Of a stretch of 64,000 bases of DNA, positions 37,922-47,773 are shown one piece after another. Position numbers and translations under genes: made by a program. The stretch's first letter is position 1. Each line of letters opens with the position of its first letter. The notes beneath the pieces are model-generated. The model was not told the DNA's origin. It was given only the letters and a program-made list of their open reading frames with translations, and made no database searches. Source of the stretch: an uncultured Gemmatimonadaceae bacterium (GTDB lineage: Bacteria; Gemmatimonadota; Gemmatimonadetes; Gemmatimonadales; Gemmatimonadaceae); the NCBI GenBank assembly GCA_963761305.1, contig CAVXGK010000002.1:2016001-2080000 (forward strand). The letters are read 5' to 3'.

Positions 37922-38985
37922 TGGGGTGGGATGTCGAGGCCCGCACCCTCGAACAAGTTGCCTGGCCCGCGTGGGAGAAATTCGTCGCCGCGTCCCCCGG
38001 CGGGAGCGTCTATAGCCTCCCGTCGTACCTCGATGCCCTTTGCACGGCGGGCGGCGGAAGCTTTCGAATCGTCGGCGTGATGCGCGGCGAGGAGATCGTC
38101 GGCGGCGTGGCGCTCTACGAGCGGCCGTCGCGCGGCGGCATCTTCGTCTCACCGCGCCTCCTATTGTATTACAACGGCGTCGTCGTGCGGCGATACGAGA
38201 CGCAATATCCCTCCGAGGCGACGGCGCGCCATGTGAAAATCCTCACGGCGCTCGAGGCCGCGCTCGGCGGCATGGGACTCGGCAGCATCAACCTGCGCTC
38301 GCGCGCGTTGCACGACGTGCGTCCTTTCGTCGCGAACGGCTGGACGGTCGCGCCGAGCTACAGCTACGTGGTGCCCCTCGATCTCCCGGCCGCGTGGGGA
38401 CGCGTCGAGCAGAACCTCCGCCGGCTCATCGATCGTGCGCGAAACGCCGGGATGAGCGCGAGCGCCACGGACGACGACTTCGACTCCTTTTTTCGACTTC
38501 ATTCCGCGACGCTCGACCGCCACGGCGCCGGCGTCTACCTCCCGCGCGACCCGTTCCGCGAGTTCTGCGCGGCGCTCAAGCGCAATGGGCTCGGCCAGCT
38601 GTTTCAGGTACGCACGAAGGATGGAGCGCCGGCTGCCGCGCAGCTCACCCTCCTCGGGCCGCATCCGGTGAGTCACACCGCGTGCGCCGGCGCCGATCCC
38701 GAATCGAACAAACTCGGCGCGTCGGCGTTTCTACGATGGAGCGCGTTCGAGACCCTGGCCGAGGCGGGCTTCAAGGGCAACGACCTCACCGATGCGTCGC
38801 TCAACCCCGTCACGCACTTCAAGAGTCAGCTCGGCGGTTCGCTGGAGCTGTCGCTCGTGTTGCAGAGTCCCCGCACGCGCCGCTTCGACTGGAACGCACG
38901 GCGCGAGGCGGCGATCGCGCGCGCGCGAACGCGCGCCGGCGATCTCGCGCGTCGCATCATTCGGCGCAACGGATCGGGCGAGTGA
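37921..38985 (+). CDS. GNAT/FemAB-like double-GNAT acyltransferase
   Basis: WEKFVAASPGGSVY, LRRLIDRA, HFKSQLGG pattern; start overlaps the upstream stop. Confidence 0.75.
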   Translation: MGWDVEARTLEQVAWPAWEKFVAASPGGSVYSLPSYLDALCTAGGGSFRIVGVMRGEEIVGGVALYERPSRGGIFVSPRLLLYYNGVVVRRYETQYPSEATARHVKILTALEAALGGMGLGSINLRSRALHDVRPFVANGWTVAPSYSYVVPLDLPAAWGRVEQNLRRLIDRARNAGMSASATDDDFDSFFRLHSATLDRHGAGVYLPRDPFREFCAALKRNGLGQLFQVRTKDGAPAAAQLTLLGPHPVSHTACAGADPESNKLGASAFLRWSAFETLAEAGFKGNDLTDASLNPVTHFKSQLGGSLELSLVLQSPRTRRFDWNARREAAIARARTRAGDLARRIIRRNGSGE

Positions 38986-40682
38986 CGGGACCGCGCACCG
39001 GCGCCGAGTCGCTCTGCGACGCGCTCGAGCGCGAGGGTGTCGAGTGTGTCTTCGGGTTGCCGGGCACGCAGACAGTCGAGATCTACGAAGCGCTGCGCTC
39101 GAGTCGCATTCGCTCGATCGTGCCGACACACGAACTCGCCGCGTCGTTCATGGCGAACGGCTACGCGCGCGCGTCGGGAAAGCCCGGCGTATTGCTCACG
39201 ATCTCCGGCCCGGGCGTCGCGTTCGCACCCGCCGGTCTCGCCGAGGCAAAGCTCGACGGCGTCCCGCTGGTGCATATCACGATTGCGCCGGCGTCGGGGC
39301 CGACGGGCGAGCCGTCGTTTCAGGCGTTCGATCAAGCGGCGTTCGCGCGGCCGGTCGTGAAAGCCACGTTGCGTGCCGACGATCGCGCGCAGGTGCGCGG
39401 CGTCGTGCACGAGGCGTTCGCCCTGGCGACGGCGCGCGAACCGGGACCGGTCTTCGTCGAATTCTCGTCGCGCGCGCTGCGCCAGCGCGGCACCGACGCC
39501 GAGCCGTCGCACGCATCGGGCGCAGCGCCGAACGCCGACGAACGTTCGCTCGCCGCGATCGTCGAGCTGCTGTCGTCGGCCAAGCGCCCCGTGCTCTACG
39601 TCGCGTGCGACGTGAGCGGCGACGCGGCCGCGCTGGCGAGCGTCGCCACGAGCGCGCGAATTCCAATCCTCGTTCCGGCACCGTATCGCGGCGTCATGCC
39701 CGAGGATCACCCGTGGATGCTCTGTTGCGACGACCAGCGCACGTCGTTCGCGCAGATTCAGGATGTCGTGGCCGGCGCGGATCTCGTGGTCGTGCTCGGG
39801 ACGCGACTGTCGCACGTGGCGACGGCGGGCTTCCGCCTCGCGCTCGCTCCTGAACGCGTCGTCTGCGTCTCCGACACGGGCGGTGCGCTGCCGCACGGGT
39901 ATTCCGCGCGGGCACTCGCTGCGTGCGCGCCGAGTGTACTTCTCTCGAGGGTCGCCGACGCCGCGTCGCGTTCGGCGTCCACGTGGACCGCCCGCGACGT
40001 GACGCGGTTGCAGCAGCGTTTCGCCAACGACAAGCCGAGCGATCCACCAGAGCCCGACGTCGACGGCGGCGCCCCCGCCGCATTCTTCGACGCGCTCCGC
40101 ACGGCGCTCCCGCGCGACGCGATTCTCGTTACCGATTCGGGGCTGCATCAGGTGATGGCCCGCCGCCACTATTCCGTCCTCGCGCCGCGCGGATTTCTCT
40201 TTCCGAGCGACCTTCAGTCGATGGGGTTCGGCCTCCCGGCGGGAATCGGCGCGAAGCTGGCCGCGCCCGAGCGCGCGGTCGTCGTGGTGATGGGCGACGG
40301 CGGTTTCCTCATGACCGGACTCGACCTCGTCACCGCCGCGCGCGAGGGAATTCCCGTGGTGGTCGTCGTCTTCAACGACGGCCAGTTGAACCTCATTCGT
40401 TTGCAGCAGCTGAAGGAGTTTGGTCGGGCGAGCGGCGTCGATCTGCTCGTTCCCGACCTCGCCCGATTCGCCGAGTCAGTGGGCGTCCGGTATCGAGCGG
40501 TTTCGGGAGACGTATCGCAGGCGCTGCGCGAAGCGCTCGCGGCCGACGGACCGACGCTGCTCGAGGTCGCGGTCGGCGATTCGCGCTCGATCACCGGCGT
40601 CCGTGCAAAGAGCCTCGCGCGAGAGACTGTCCGGAAGGCGATCGGCCCGCGGGCCGTGGAGTGGATCAAGAAACTCCGCTGA
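38982..40682 (+). CDS. Thiamine-diphosphate-dependent enzyme (acetolactate synthase-like family)
   Basis: VFGLPG, HELAASFMANGYAR, SGPG, MGFGLPAGIG, GDGG..FND ThDP motif. Confidence 0.9.
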   Translation: MTGPRTGAESLCDALEREGVECVFGLPGTQTVEIYEALRSSRIRSIVPTHELAASFMANGYARASGKPGVLLTISGPGVAFAPAGLAEAKLDGVPLVHITIAPASGPTGEPSFQAFDQAAFARPVVKATLRADDRAQVRGVVHEAFALATAREPGPVFVEFSSRALRQRGTDAEPSHASGAAPNADERSLAAIVELLSSAKRPVLYVACDVSGDAAALASVATSARIPILVPAPYRGVMPEDHPWMLCCDDQRTSFAQIQDVVAGADLVVVLGTRLSHVATAGFRLALAPERVVCVSDTGGALPHGYSARALAACAPSVLLSRVADAASRSASTWTARDVTRLQQRFANDKPSDPPEPDVDGGAPAAFFDALRTALPRDAILVTDSGLHQVMARRHYSVLAPRGFLFPSDLQSMGFGLPAGIGAKLAAPERAVVVVMGDGGFLMTGLDLVTAAREGIPVVVVVFNDGQLNLIRLQQLKEFGRASGVDLLVPDLARFAESVGVRYRAVSGDVSQALREALAADGPTLLEVAVGDSRSITGVRAKSLARETVRKAIGPRAVEWIKKLR

Positions 40683-40746
40683 CTGTCATCGCGCTAACAG
40701 GTCGCCGCCCTTAGCTTGCGCGTCGATCACCCCCCCTGGAGCCAGC

Positions 40747-41679
40747 ATGCTTCGCCATCGTGTTCATCTCGTCGCCACTCTTGCGTTCGCGACGCTCGCC
40801 GCCGGCGCGGCCCAAGCGCAGTACCACGTCGTCAAGAAGCTCGACCTCGGCGTCGCGCGCGCCGACTACATCGTCATCGACCCGATTGGCCGACGCCTGT
40901 ATGGCTTGGCCGACAAAGTGATCGACGTCGACCACGACACGATCGTCGGCACGGTCGCCGGCGGCGGCGGTGGCTACGCGATCGCCGCCGATCAGCACCG
41001 CGGTCTTGTGCGCAACGGCGTCCTCTTCGATCTGAATACGCTCGCCGTGACCGGTCACGTCGACGCCAAGGGCGACGGCATCCGCTACGACCCGGTCACC
41101 CATCGCGCGTTCACGTGGCGCGACAAGGACGCGTGGATCGTCGACATGACGACCGGCAAGCTGATCGCGAAGTCCACGATCGGCGACGGACTCGAATCCG
41201 GCGTCGCCGACGGCAAGGGCAAGATGTTTCTGAACGTCGAGGATTCGGGATTCGTCCAGAAGGTCGATACCAAGTCGCTCAAGATCGAGGCGACCTACAA
41301 GGTCCCCAAGTGCGGCCACGCGCAGGGCCTGTCGATGGACGTCGACTTCCGCACGCTCTTCATGGCGTGCGATACCGAGATGGTGATCCTCAACGCCGAC
41401 AACGGCGCCATCGTCAAGCGCGTCCGCGTCGCCAGCCGCGCCGACCAGAACTGCTACGACCCGGGCACGCACTACGCGTTCAATCCGAACCGCGCCGACA
41501 GCACGATGACGATCGTCCACGAGGCGTCGGCGACCGAGTTCCACGTGCTGCCCAAAGTCTCGACCGGCGGGGGCGCGCGAACGTGCGCGGTCGACGAGAA
41601 GACGCACAAGGTGTACGTCTTCTACTATGAGGGAACCGGGCAGACGGCGAAGCTGATTCTGGCCGTGATGGCGCAGTGA
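40747..41679 (+). CDS. Secreted YncE-like beta-propeller protein
   Basis: Signal peptide AQA; ADGKGKMFLNVED, GARTCAVD repeats. Confidence 0.8.
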   Translation: MLRHRVHLVATLAFATLAAGAAQAQYHVVKKLDLGVARADYIVIDPIGRRLYGLADKVIDVDHDTIVGTVAGGGGGYAIAADQHRGLVRNGVLFDLNTLAVTGHVDAKGDGIRYDPVTHRAFTWRDKDAWIVDMTTGKLIAKSTIGDGLESGVADGKGKMFLNVEDSGFVQKVDTKSLKIEATYKVPKCGHAQGLSMDVDFRTLFMACDTEMVILNADNGAIVKRVRVASRADQNCYDPGTHYAFNPNRADSTMTIVHEASATEFHVLPKVSTGGGARTCAVDEKTHKVYVFYYEGTGQTAKLILAVMAQ

Positions 41680-41802
41680 GGAGTGGCGCACACGCGGGCA
41701 TACGTTTCCCGATTGATACAAACCCGAACGACCCGTAGGCCGGTACCCGGCTAAACATCGTAGATGAGTTGCGCGGTCCTCCTCCCCTCAACTCTGATCA
41801 CG

Positions 41803-42453
41803 ATGCCTAGTTCCTTGCACGGCGATCTGCTTCCGTCGCACGTCCGCGGGCTCGACGCGGCCGTCGCGAGCAGTCCGCTCGCCCACGAGCAATTCGAGTG
41901 GCGCATGGTCGACAGCTGGTGGGCCGATTCAACCGAGCGGCTCGAGCTGCCGGCGATCCTGCACCTCGAGACCGGGTTTCTCTTTTCGATCGAGTATCAC
42001 CCGGCGTGGCAGGACGAATACGGCGCGGGCGGGCCGTCGGAGTTTCGCTGTTTTCGCTCGCCCGGTGTTCAAGGTCCGACGGAAACGATGCGCGCGCGGA
42101 CATGGGACGAGGTGCTGTTCGACTTCCGGCTCTGGCTGCGACTCATCGCCCGCGAGATCGGGCACCACGATGGGCTCTCGCCGACGCAGAATTCGTCGCG
42201 CCTCGCCGAGGTGTGGTCGCTGATCCATCCGGAGATCCGCGACGTCGCGCGCGGACGACTCGAGGCCAAGCGCTACGCCGAAGCGGTCGACGTCGCACTG
42301 TCACACGTCCGCTATGCCGACGGGACGCCCATCCCGCGTTGGACCGCCGAGATCGACGAGACGAGAGCCATCCACTTCCTGTTCCTGGCCAGCCTCCTTC
42401 GCTACCAGCTCGACGAGATCGCCGTCCCTCGGGAATCGGCGGCGCAGTCGTAA
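41803..42453 (+). CDS. Hypothetical protein with partial TIGR02391-like C-terminus
   Basis: IHPEIRDVAR..YAEAV and AIHFLFLASLL segments; family resemblance from memory. Confidence 0.6.
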   Translation: MPSSLHGDLLPSHVRGLDAAVASSPLAHEQFEWRMVDSWWADSTERLELPAILHLETGFLFSIEYHPAWQDEYGAGGPSEFRCFRSPGVQGPTETMRARTWDEVLFDFRLWLRLIAREIGHHDGLSPTQNSSRLAEVWSLIHPEIRDVARGRLEAKRYAEAVDVALSHVRYADGTPIPRWTAEIDETRAIHFLFLASLLRYQLDEIAVPRESAAQS

Positions 42454-42479
42454 TCGCGGCGAGCACACTCGCCGGTTTC

Positions 42480-44249
42480 TCACGTGCGCAGTTGCGTATC
42501 GAACAGCCGCGCGTACAGCCCGTGCTCCGCGATGAGCTTGTCGTGCGTCCCGCGCTCGGCGATCACGCCGTCCTCCAGCACGAAGATCACGTCCGCGTGC
42601 TCCACCGTGGCGCGAGAGTGCGCGATCGTGATCGACGTCCGCTCCGCCATCAGCCGCGACAATCCTTCCAGGACCAGCGCCTCCGATTCGGCGTCGAGCG
42701 CGGCCGACGGTTCGTCGAGGAGCAGAATCGGTGCGTCGCGAATGATCGCGCGGGCGATGGCGATTCGCTGGCGCTGGCCCGTCGAGAGCGTCTGCCCTCG
42801 CTCGCCGAGCACCGATTCGTAGCCCTGAGGCATGCGCCGAATGAACTCGTCGGCGTTGGCCATCGTCGCGGCGCGCGTGATCTCGCGATGCGTCGCGCCC
42901 GGCCGCCCATACGCGATGTTCTGCGCGACCGACGCGCGAAACAGCAGGGCGTCCTGAAGCACGAAGCTGATTTGACTCCGTAAGGAGTCCAGCGTGAACT
43001 GGCGAATGTCCTTCCGGTCGATCGTGATCGTACCTTGCGACGCGTCGTACAAACGTGGGAGGAGGCCGATCAACGTCGACTTTCCTGCGCCCGTGTGTCC
43101 GACGAGCGCCGCGCGCTGACCGGCCTCGATCACGAGATTGATGTCCTCGAGGACGAGCCGGTCCTCCTGGTAGCCGAACGCTACGTGTGAGAACTCGACT
43201 CGGCCGCGAAACCGGGGCGCCGGCCGCGCGTCGGGCCGCTCGCGCACTTCGCTCTCGATCGACAGCAGCTCGCCGACGCGCTCGAAGCTCACCGCGGCCA
43301 TCGACAGCGTGTCGCTCATCTTCGAGAGATCCTTCATCGGCTTGTACATCTTGTCGAGGTACAGCACGAAGACGAGGAGCGCGCCGGCGGTCAGTTGATT
43401 GTCGAGCACCAGCCGCACGCCGAACCAGAGGACGATGCACGTGCCGATCGCGACGAGCACGTCGACCTGCGGTCCGAGTCTCGCCTTGAGGCTTCGCGCG
43501 CGGAGGCTCAAGTCGACGATCTGCTGCGATTCCCGATCGAGACGATCCTCCTCCACGGTTTCCGCCGCGAAGGCCTTCACGACGCGGGCCGAGGAGATCG
43601 ATTCCTGCGCCACCGATGCGAGATCGCTCTGCTTTCGCTTCACGGCGCGCGACGCGCGCTTGATGCGCAGCGTGAAGCCGTAGATCATCACGAACAGAAA
43701 GGGTGCCACCGAGAGGCCGATCAACGCGAACCGCGCGTTGAGGTAGAACATCACGACGATCATCCCGACGATCGTCAGCCCGTCGAACAGGATTCCGAGC
43801 AGCGCCGATGCGATGAAGCTTTCGACGGCGTCGATGTCGCTCGTCAGGCGCACCAGCATGTCGCCGGTCTGCCGCTTGTCGTAGAACGAAAGCGACAGTC
43901 CCTGTACGTGATGGTAGAGCATGTGTCGCAAATCGAAGCCGACGCGTTTGGCGACCGTCGTGGCAAGGAAGTCGTCGAAATACGCGGCGATGGCGCCGAC
44001 CACCGCGATGACGATGACCGCGATCGCGGCGAAGGCGAGCACGCCCATTCGGTTGGACGGACTGCCAAGGTGTCCAGCGAGCCAGTCGGGAATGCGCTTC
44101 GTGCCGAGCACGTAGTCGAAGATCAGCTTCAGCGGCCACGGCTCGAGCAGTCCCATCCCGGTCTCGACGACCATTGCCACGAACGCGACGGTGAGCAGCG
44201 ACGCGTACGGTCGAAGCAGTCGAGCCAAATTCAACCGGCGCGTCGCCAT
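42480..44249 (-). CDS. ABC exporter, fused TMD and ATPase (MsbA-like family)
   Basis: GHTGAGKST Walker A, LSTGQRQR signature, LLLDEP Walker B, IAH. Confidence 0.93.
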   Translation of the reverse strand: MATRRLNLARLLRPYASLLTVAFVAMVVETGMGLLEPWPLKLIFDYVLGTKRIPDWLAGHLGSPSNRMGVLAFAAIAVIVIAVVGAIAAYFDDFLATTVAKRVGFDLRHMLYHHVQGLSLSFYDKRQTGDMLVRLTSDIDAVESFIASALLGILFDGLTIVGMIVVMFYLNARFALIGLSVAPFLFVMIYGFTLRIKRASRAVKRKQSDLASVAQESISSARVVKAFAAETVEEDRLDRESQQIVDLSLRARSLKARLGPQVDVLVAIGTCIVLWFGVRLVLDNQLTAGALLVFVLYLDKMYKPMKDLSKMSDTLSMAAVSFERVGELLSIESEVRERPDARPAPRFRGRVEFSHVAFGYQEDRLVLEDINLVIEAGQRAALVGHTGAGKSTLIGLLPRLYDASQGTITIDRKDIRQFTLDSLRSQISFVLQDALLFRASVAQNIAYGRPGATHREITRAATMANADEFIRRMPQGYESVLGERGQTLSTGQRQRIAIARAIIRDAPILLLDEPSAALDAESEALVLEGLSRLMAERTSITIAHSRATVEHADVIFVLEDGVIAERGTHDKLIAEHGLYARLFDTQLRT

Positions 44250-44337
44250 GCGGGCTGATGTTGCAACCGCTGCGCCGCACTGGTATCGGTATGTCAATTG
44301 CCGTCCCCGTGCGCATCTCGAAGCGACGGAGACACCG

Positions 44338-45909
44338 ATGAAACGTCGATCCTTCCTGCTCGGAGCCGCGGCGGCCCCCGTCGGCATGATGTTCCCCCGG
44401 TTCGCGCTGCCTCAGCAAGGTGAGCTGCCGGACGACGTCGCTCATGCGCTCGCCGAGTTTCGAAAGTCGATTCCGACCCACTTCGACCATGAGTATGTCG
44501 AGCACGCCGTCGTCCCGTTCTTTCTTTCGACGGTGTTCGAGGCGGAACGGCCGGCCGTGCCGATGATCGACGTCGTCCTCACCAAACAGGACGCGCTGCC
44601 GTACGACCTCTGGGGATTGATCTACAAGCAGTGGAGACCGACGCCCGAGGAGGGCACCACCGTGTTCCTCACGGGGCTCGAGCACCGCGGCGAAAACAAT
44701 CTCCGCAAGCGCATCTACATGTCGGCGGTCACGCCCGATCTATACGACGCGATGTACCGGGAGAAAGTGGTCGCGTTCTTCGACCACCTGTTCGACCCGA
44801 GGTTCGCGGGCCAGCCGCTGATGCGCCATTACCTCGACTACTACTTCGACCTCTATTGGAATCTTCACGTCGGCGTGCAGGGCGACGCCGTCCCCGCCGA
44901 CGTGCGGCAGTTGGGCGAGAGTTTCAACACCGTGCTCGCCTATCGCAATCCGCGCGACCCGATCGTGTACGAGCACTACATGAAGGTCCGCGCCAAGCTC
45001 GATTCATTGAAGAGCTGGATCGCCGACCGCGTGAACGACGTCGCGACGGGCAAAGTCGGCCATCCCGAAAAGACGTTCGTGTACTACTGGCTCAAGAACG
45101 CCGGCGACGGACAGCACTTCAGCCGCAAGGACGTCGTGTTCGAGGTGTTCCACAACTTCGTGGCCCTCAGCCAGTGGGGAAACACGATGTTCGGGATCAC
45201 CCAGCGTTTGCGGACCGAGGGCGGCGATCCGGTGGTGCGCGCCGCCTTCGACACGGCGATGGGCGATCCGCCCGCCGCTGCCGCCGACGGGTCGGCCTAT
45301 TCACCGCTCGAGCTGTACGTGATGGAGCTGTTCCGCACGATCTCGCCCAACGGCGGCAGTATCTCCGCCGTGACCGACGCGCGGCGGTCGCAGCACGGCG
45401 AGTCTCCCTACATGACGGTGCGCGCGCACTTCCGGCGCCATCTGTACGCCGCGACGCCGCATCTCGAGACGAGCATGGCGGCGGAGCACTGGATCGATCC
45501 GAAGAAGTTCGATCCCGACCGCTACAAGTCCGTGCCGACGAGCGCGCAGATGGACGAAACGAAGAGCATGCAGATGGGGTTTGCCCGGTGCCCCTTCGAC
45601 ATCACGACGATGAAGGTCGCCGACGGCCGCAACGCCGCGCTGACGAACAGCGCGTTCGGCACCGTGTTCGGCGAGGCGGACGGGAAAGCCATGCCGGTTT
45701 GCGACTACGCCGGGTTCGCGCCATTCGGTTTCGGCTATCGGCGGTGTCCCGGGGAGCAGCTCACGATTCAGGTCTTCGAGGATTTCCTGCACAAGGTCGC
45801 GAAGGACAAGATCGAGTTCGTGAATTTGCCTCTGACGAATCCGAAAAAGGTCCCGGTCGGGCCGGGCGCGGTGATCGACGACATGATCGGCTTCAGGCGC
45901 GTCTCTTAG
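44338..45909 (+). CDS. Divergent cytochrome P450-fold protein with twin-arginine signal peptide
   Basis: GGAG RBS; MKRRSFLLG; ELFR (ExxR), FDPDRY, PFGFGYRRCPG heme-thiolate motif. Confidence 0.8.
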   Translation: MKRRSFLLGAAAAPVGMMFPRFALPQQGELPDDVAHALAEFRKSIPTHFDHEYVEHAVVPFFLSTVFEAERPAVPMIDVVLTKQDALPYDLWGLIYKQWRPTPEEGTTVFLTGLEHRGENNLRKRIYMSAVTPDLYDAMYREKVVAFFDHLFDPRFAGQPLMRHYLDYYFDLYWNLHVGVQGDAVPADVRQLGESFNTVLAYRNPRDPIVYEHYMKVRAKLDSLKSWIADRVNDVATGKVGHPEKTFVYYWLKNAGDGQHFSRKDVVFEVFHNFVALSQWGNTMFGITQRLRTEGGDPVVRAAFDTAMGDPPAAAADGSAYSPLELYVMELFRTISPNGGSISAVTDARRSQHGESPYMTVRAHFRRHLYAATPHLETSMAAEHWIDPKKFDPDRYKSVPTSAQMDETKSMQMGFARCPFDITTMKVADGRNAALTNSAFGTVFGEADGKAMPVCDYAGFAPFGFGYRRCPGEQLTIQVFEDFLHKVAKDKIEFVNLPLTNPKKVPVGPGAVIDDMIGFRRVS

Positions 45910-46138
45910 GACCCGCGCTCTGGGCGCGCGACGAACACGGCGTTTCCATCATTCCAGTTCGTCGCGCTTCTCGAATCGATACGCCAGCGCCGGACCCTCG
46001 GCGGCTTTCGTATGCCGGTCGCGCGATCACCAGCGTGAACGGCTCGGTCTACCGCGGCATCCGACTTGATGCGCCGTCCGTCCACCGGTCTACCCGGACG
46101 GCTCCCTTGCAGCGGAACCGCCCGAGCATGACTCGCGC

Positions 46139-46459
46139 TTAGCGCCAGTGACCGTTGATGAAGTACCAGCCGTGCCCGTCACGGTCCCACCGACCCGGGC
46201 TCCACGTGCGGAAACCGGCTGCCGGGACGACCCAGTTGCCACGGACCCAGCGATAGTTGCTGTTGTAGTAGCCCCAGTGACCACCTACCCAGACGTAATT
46301 GAATCCGGGCGAAGTCGGAATCACTTCGACCTGGTCCACCGGTGGTTGACTATAGACGTATGCGACACCCGGCTGAGGCTGCCCATACATCGAACACGAT
46401 GCGAGCGCGCCGCCGGCGCCAAGGGCGGCCACAAGCCGCAGAATTAGGACGCGTTTCAT
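46139..46459 (-). CDS. YXWGXW-repeat lipoprotein
   Basis: GGAGG RBS; LASC lipobox; YVWVGGHW, YRWVRGNW, WSPGRW, FINGHW. Confidence 0.85.
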   Translation of the reverse strand: MKRVLILRLVAALGAGGALASCSMYGQPQPGVAYVYSQPPVDQVEVIPTSPGFNYVWVGGHWGYYNSNYRWVRGNWVVPAAGFRTWSPGRWDRDGHGWYFINGHWR

Positions 46460-46692
46460 TTCTTCCTCCCTCAGGTTCCTGCCTTCCAACGTTCCCACGA
46501 GCGGGCATCGGGCGGTTGAGTTCGACCACCAGGTGATTCGGCCTGTAACGCGAGCGATCACGTCACGCCGAATCGCCTTTCCCCGTCGCGCCGCTCACAA
46601 CGCCAAAGAGGCAAGGACGGGGCAGCACGAGACGTCGGACGAGATGGACGAAGGCCGCATGCCCTCGCCGCCCCGCCCTTCCCGGCCGGCCG

Positions 46693-46730
46693 CCACCGGT
46701 CCACCGGTCCACCCGGTCCACCGGTCCGCC
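46693..46730. repeat. 4 x ~8-nt tandem repeat (CCACCGGT) abutting a stop codon
   Basis: Seen directly. Confidence 0.8.
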
Positions 46731-47747
46731 TCAGTGCACGGCCCACGACGCCGCGAGCGCAATCACCTGCCCCTGCGGTCGCGACTCGACGCCGAGGTCG
46801 CGCTCGACGCGCAACGAGACCTGAGCTCGCCAGCGCGGAATCGTCGCGTCCACCTCAGGGCCAAGTCCGAAGGTTCGCGACCACTCGTTGCGAAGCGGCA
46901 CCGGGATGTCGGCGCCGCGATCGGGGGTCACCTGCCAGAGCGCGTAGCCGGCGAGACCGACAACGAACAACCTCCGCACAGTCGCACCCGCGCCGCCCTG
47001 CACCTGCATCTCACTGCCTCGGCGAATGTCGATGCCGCGCTTTCGCGTATTCATGTCGTAGCTCGCGAGCGCCGACGCGCGATACGTCCTGGCCGAGTCG
47101 GCGTACGCCGCGCCGCCAATCGAAAATTGGTGTGTCCAGTAGCCGCTGCCGGCGCTCACGCCGCGCGGTTCGAAGTGGCCAGTCGGCACATTGAGCGCGT
47201 ACGCCGTGACGACGTCGAAGTGTCGCTCGCGCCAACCGACCTTCAGCGGCTGCACGAACAGATCGGCGAATCCATATCCGTTCAGTGACGTCGCCGGATT
47301 GTCGCTGTTCACGCGAATGCTCGCGACCGGCACGCCGACGGCGAACGTGAGATACGGCGCGAACTTCGTCTTCGACGTGTTCGTGGTGAACGACGCGCCG
47401 AGCGCCGAGCCCGTCGCGCTGATCGTCAGTCCGTCGATCGGAACGACGTTGCCTTGACGATCGCGAATCTCACTCGAGCCGAAGTGGAGCGCTTGGACGA
47501 TCAACGCCAAGCCCGGCGGTGGTTGAGCGCCGGCGTCGATTCCCGCGCTGCCGAGCAGTTTGTACCCGAGCTGTTGCGCCGCTGCCGGACGCGGCGCAAC
47601 CGCAAGCGCGCCGAGCAGCGCGCACGATCGAAGGCAGACTCTTCCGGATTTCGTCTTCAAAGCGAAACCGATCGCGCAACTCGCGCACCACCAAAGCCGC
47701 TTGCTTGACACAGCGACCGGAGCCGGTATCGTCGAGGAGATCCGCAC
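46731..47747 (-). CDS. SphA / MetA-pathway-like outer-membrane beta-barrel 'transporter'
   Basis: GAQPPPG, GFADLFVQPL..GW, PTGHF, GLAGYALWQVT, FGLGPE; start uncertain, probably downstream of 47747. Confidence 0.75.
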   Translation of the reverse strand: MRISSTIPAPVAVSSKRLWWCASCAIGFALKTKSGRVCLRSCALLGALAVAPRPAAAQQLGYKLLGSAGIDAGAQPPPGLALIVQALHFGSSEIRDRQGNVVPIDGLTISATGSALGASFTTNTSKTKFAPYLTFAVGVPVASIRVNSDNPATSLNGYGFADLFVQPLKVGWRERHFDVVTAYALNVPTGHFEPRGVSAGSGYWTHQFSIGGAAYADSARTYRASALASYDMNTRKRGIDIRRGSEMQVQGGAGATVRRLFVVGLAGYALWQVTPDRGADIPVPLRNEWSRTFGLGPEVDATIPRWRAQVSLRVERDLGVESRPQGQVIALAASWAVH

Positions 47748-47773
47748 AACCCATCCTGGTTCCCGAGGCCCCC

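Noticed and set aside
38040..38981. Apparent N-terminal fusion on the ThDP enzyme (880-aa ORF)
   Set aside because: The extension is an off-frame read of the GNAT gene; the real start is the GTG at 38982.
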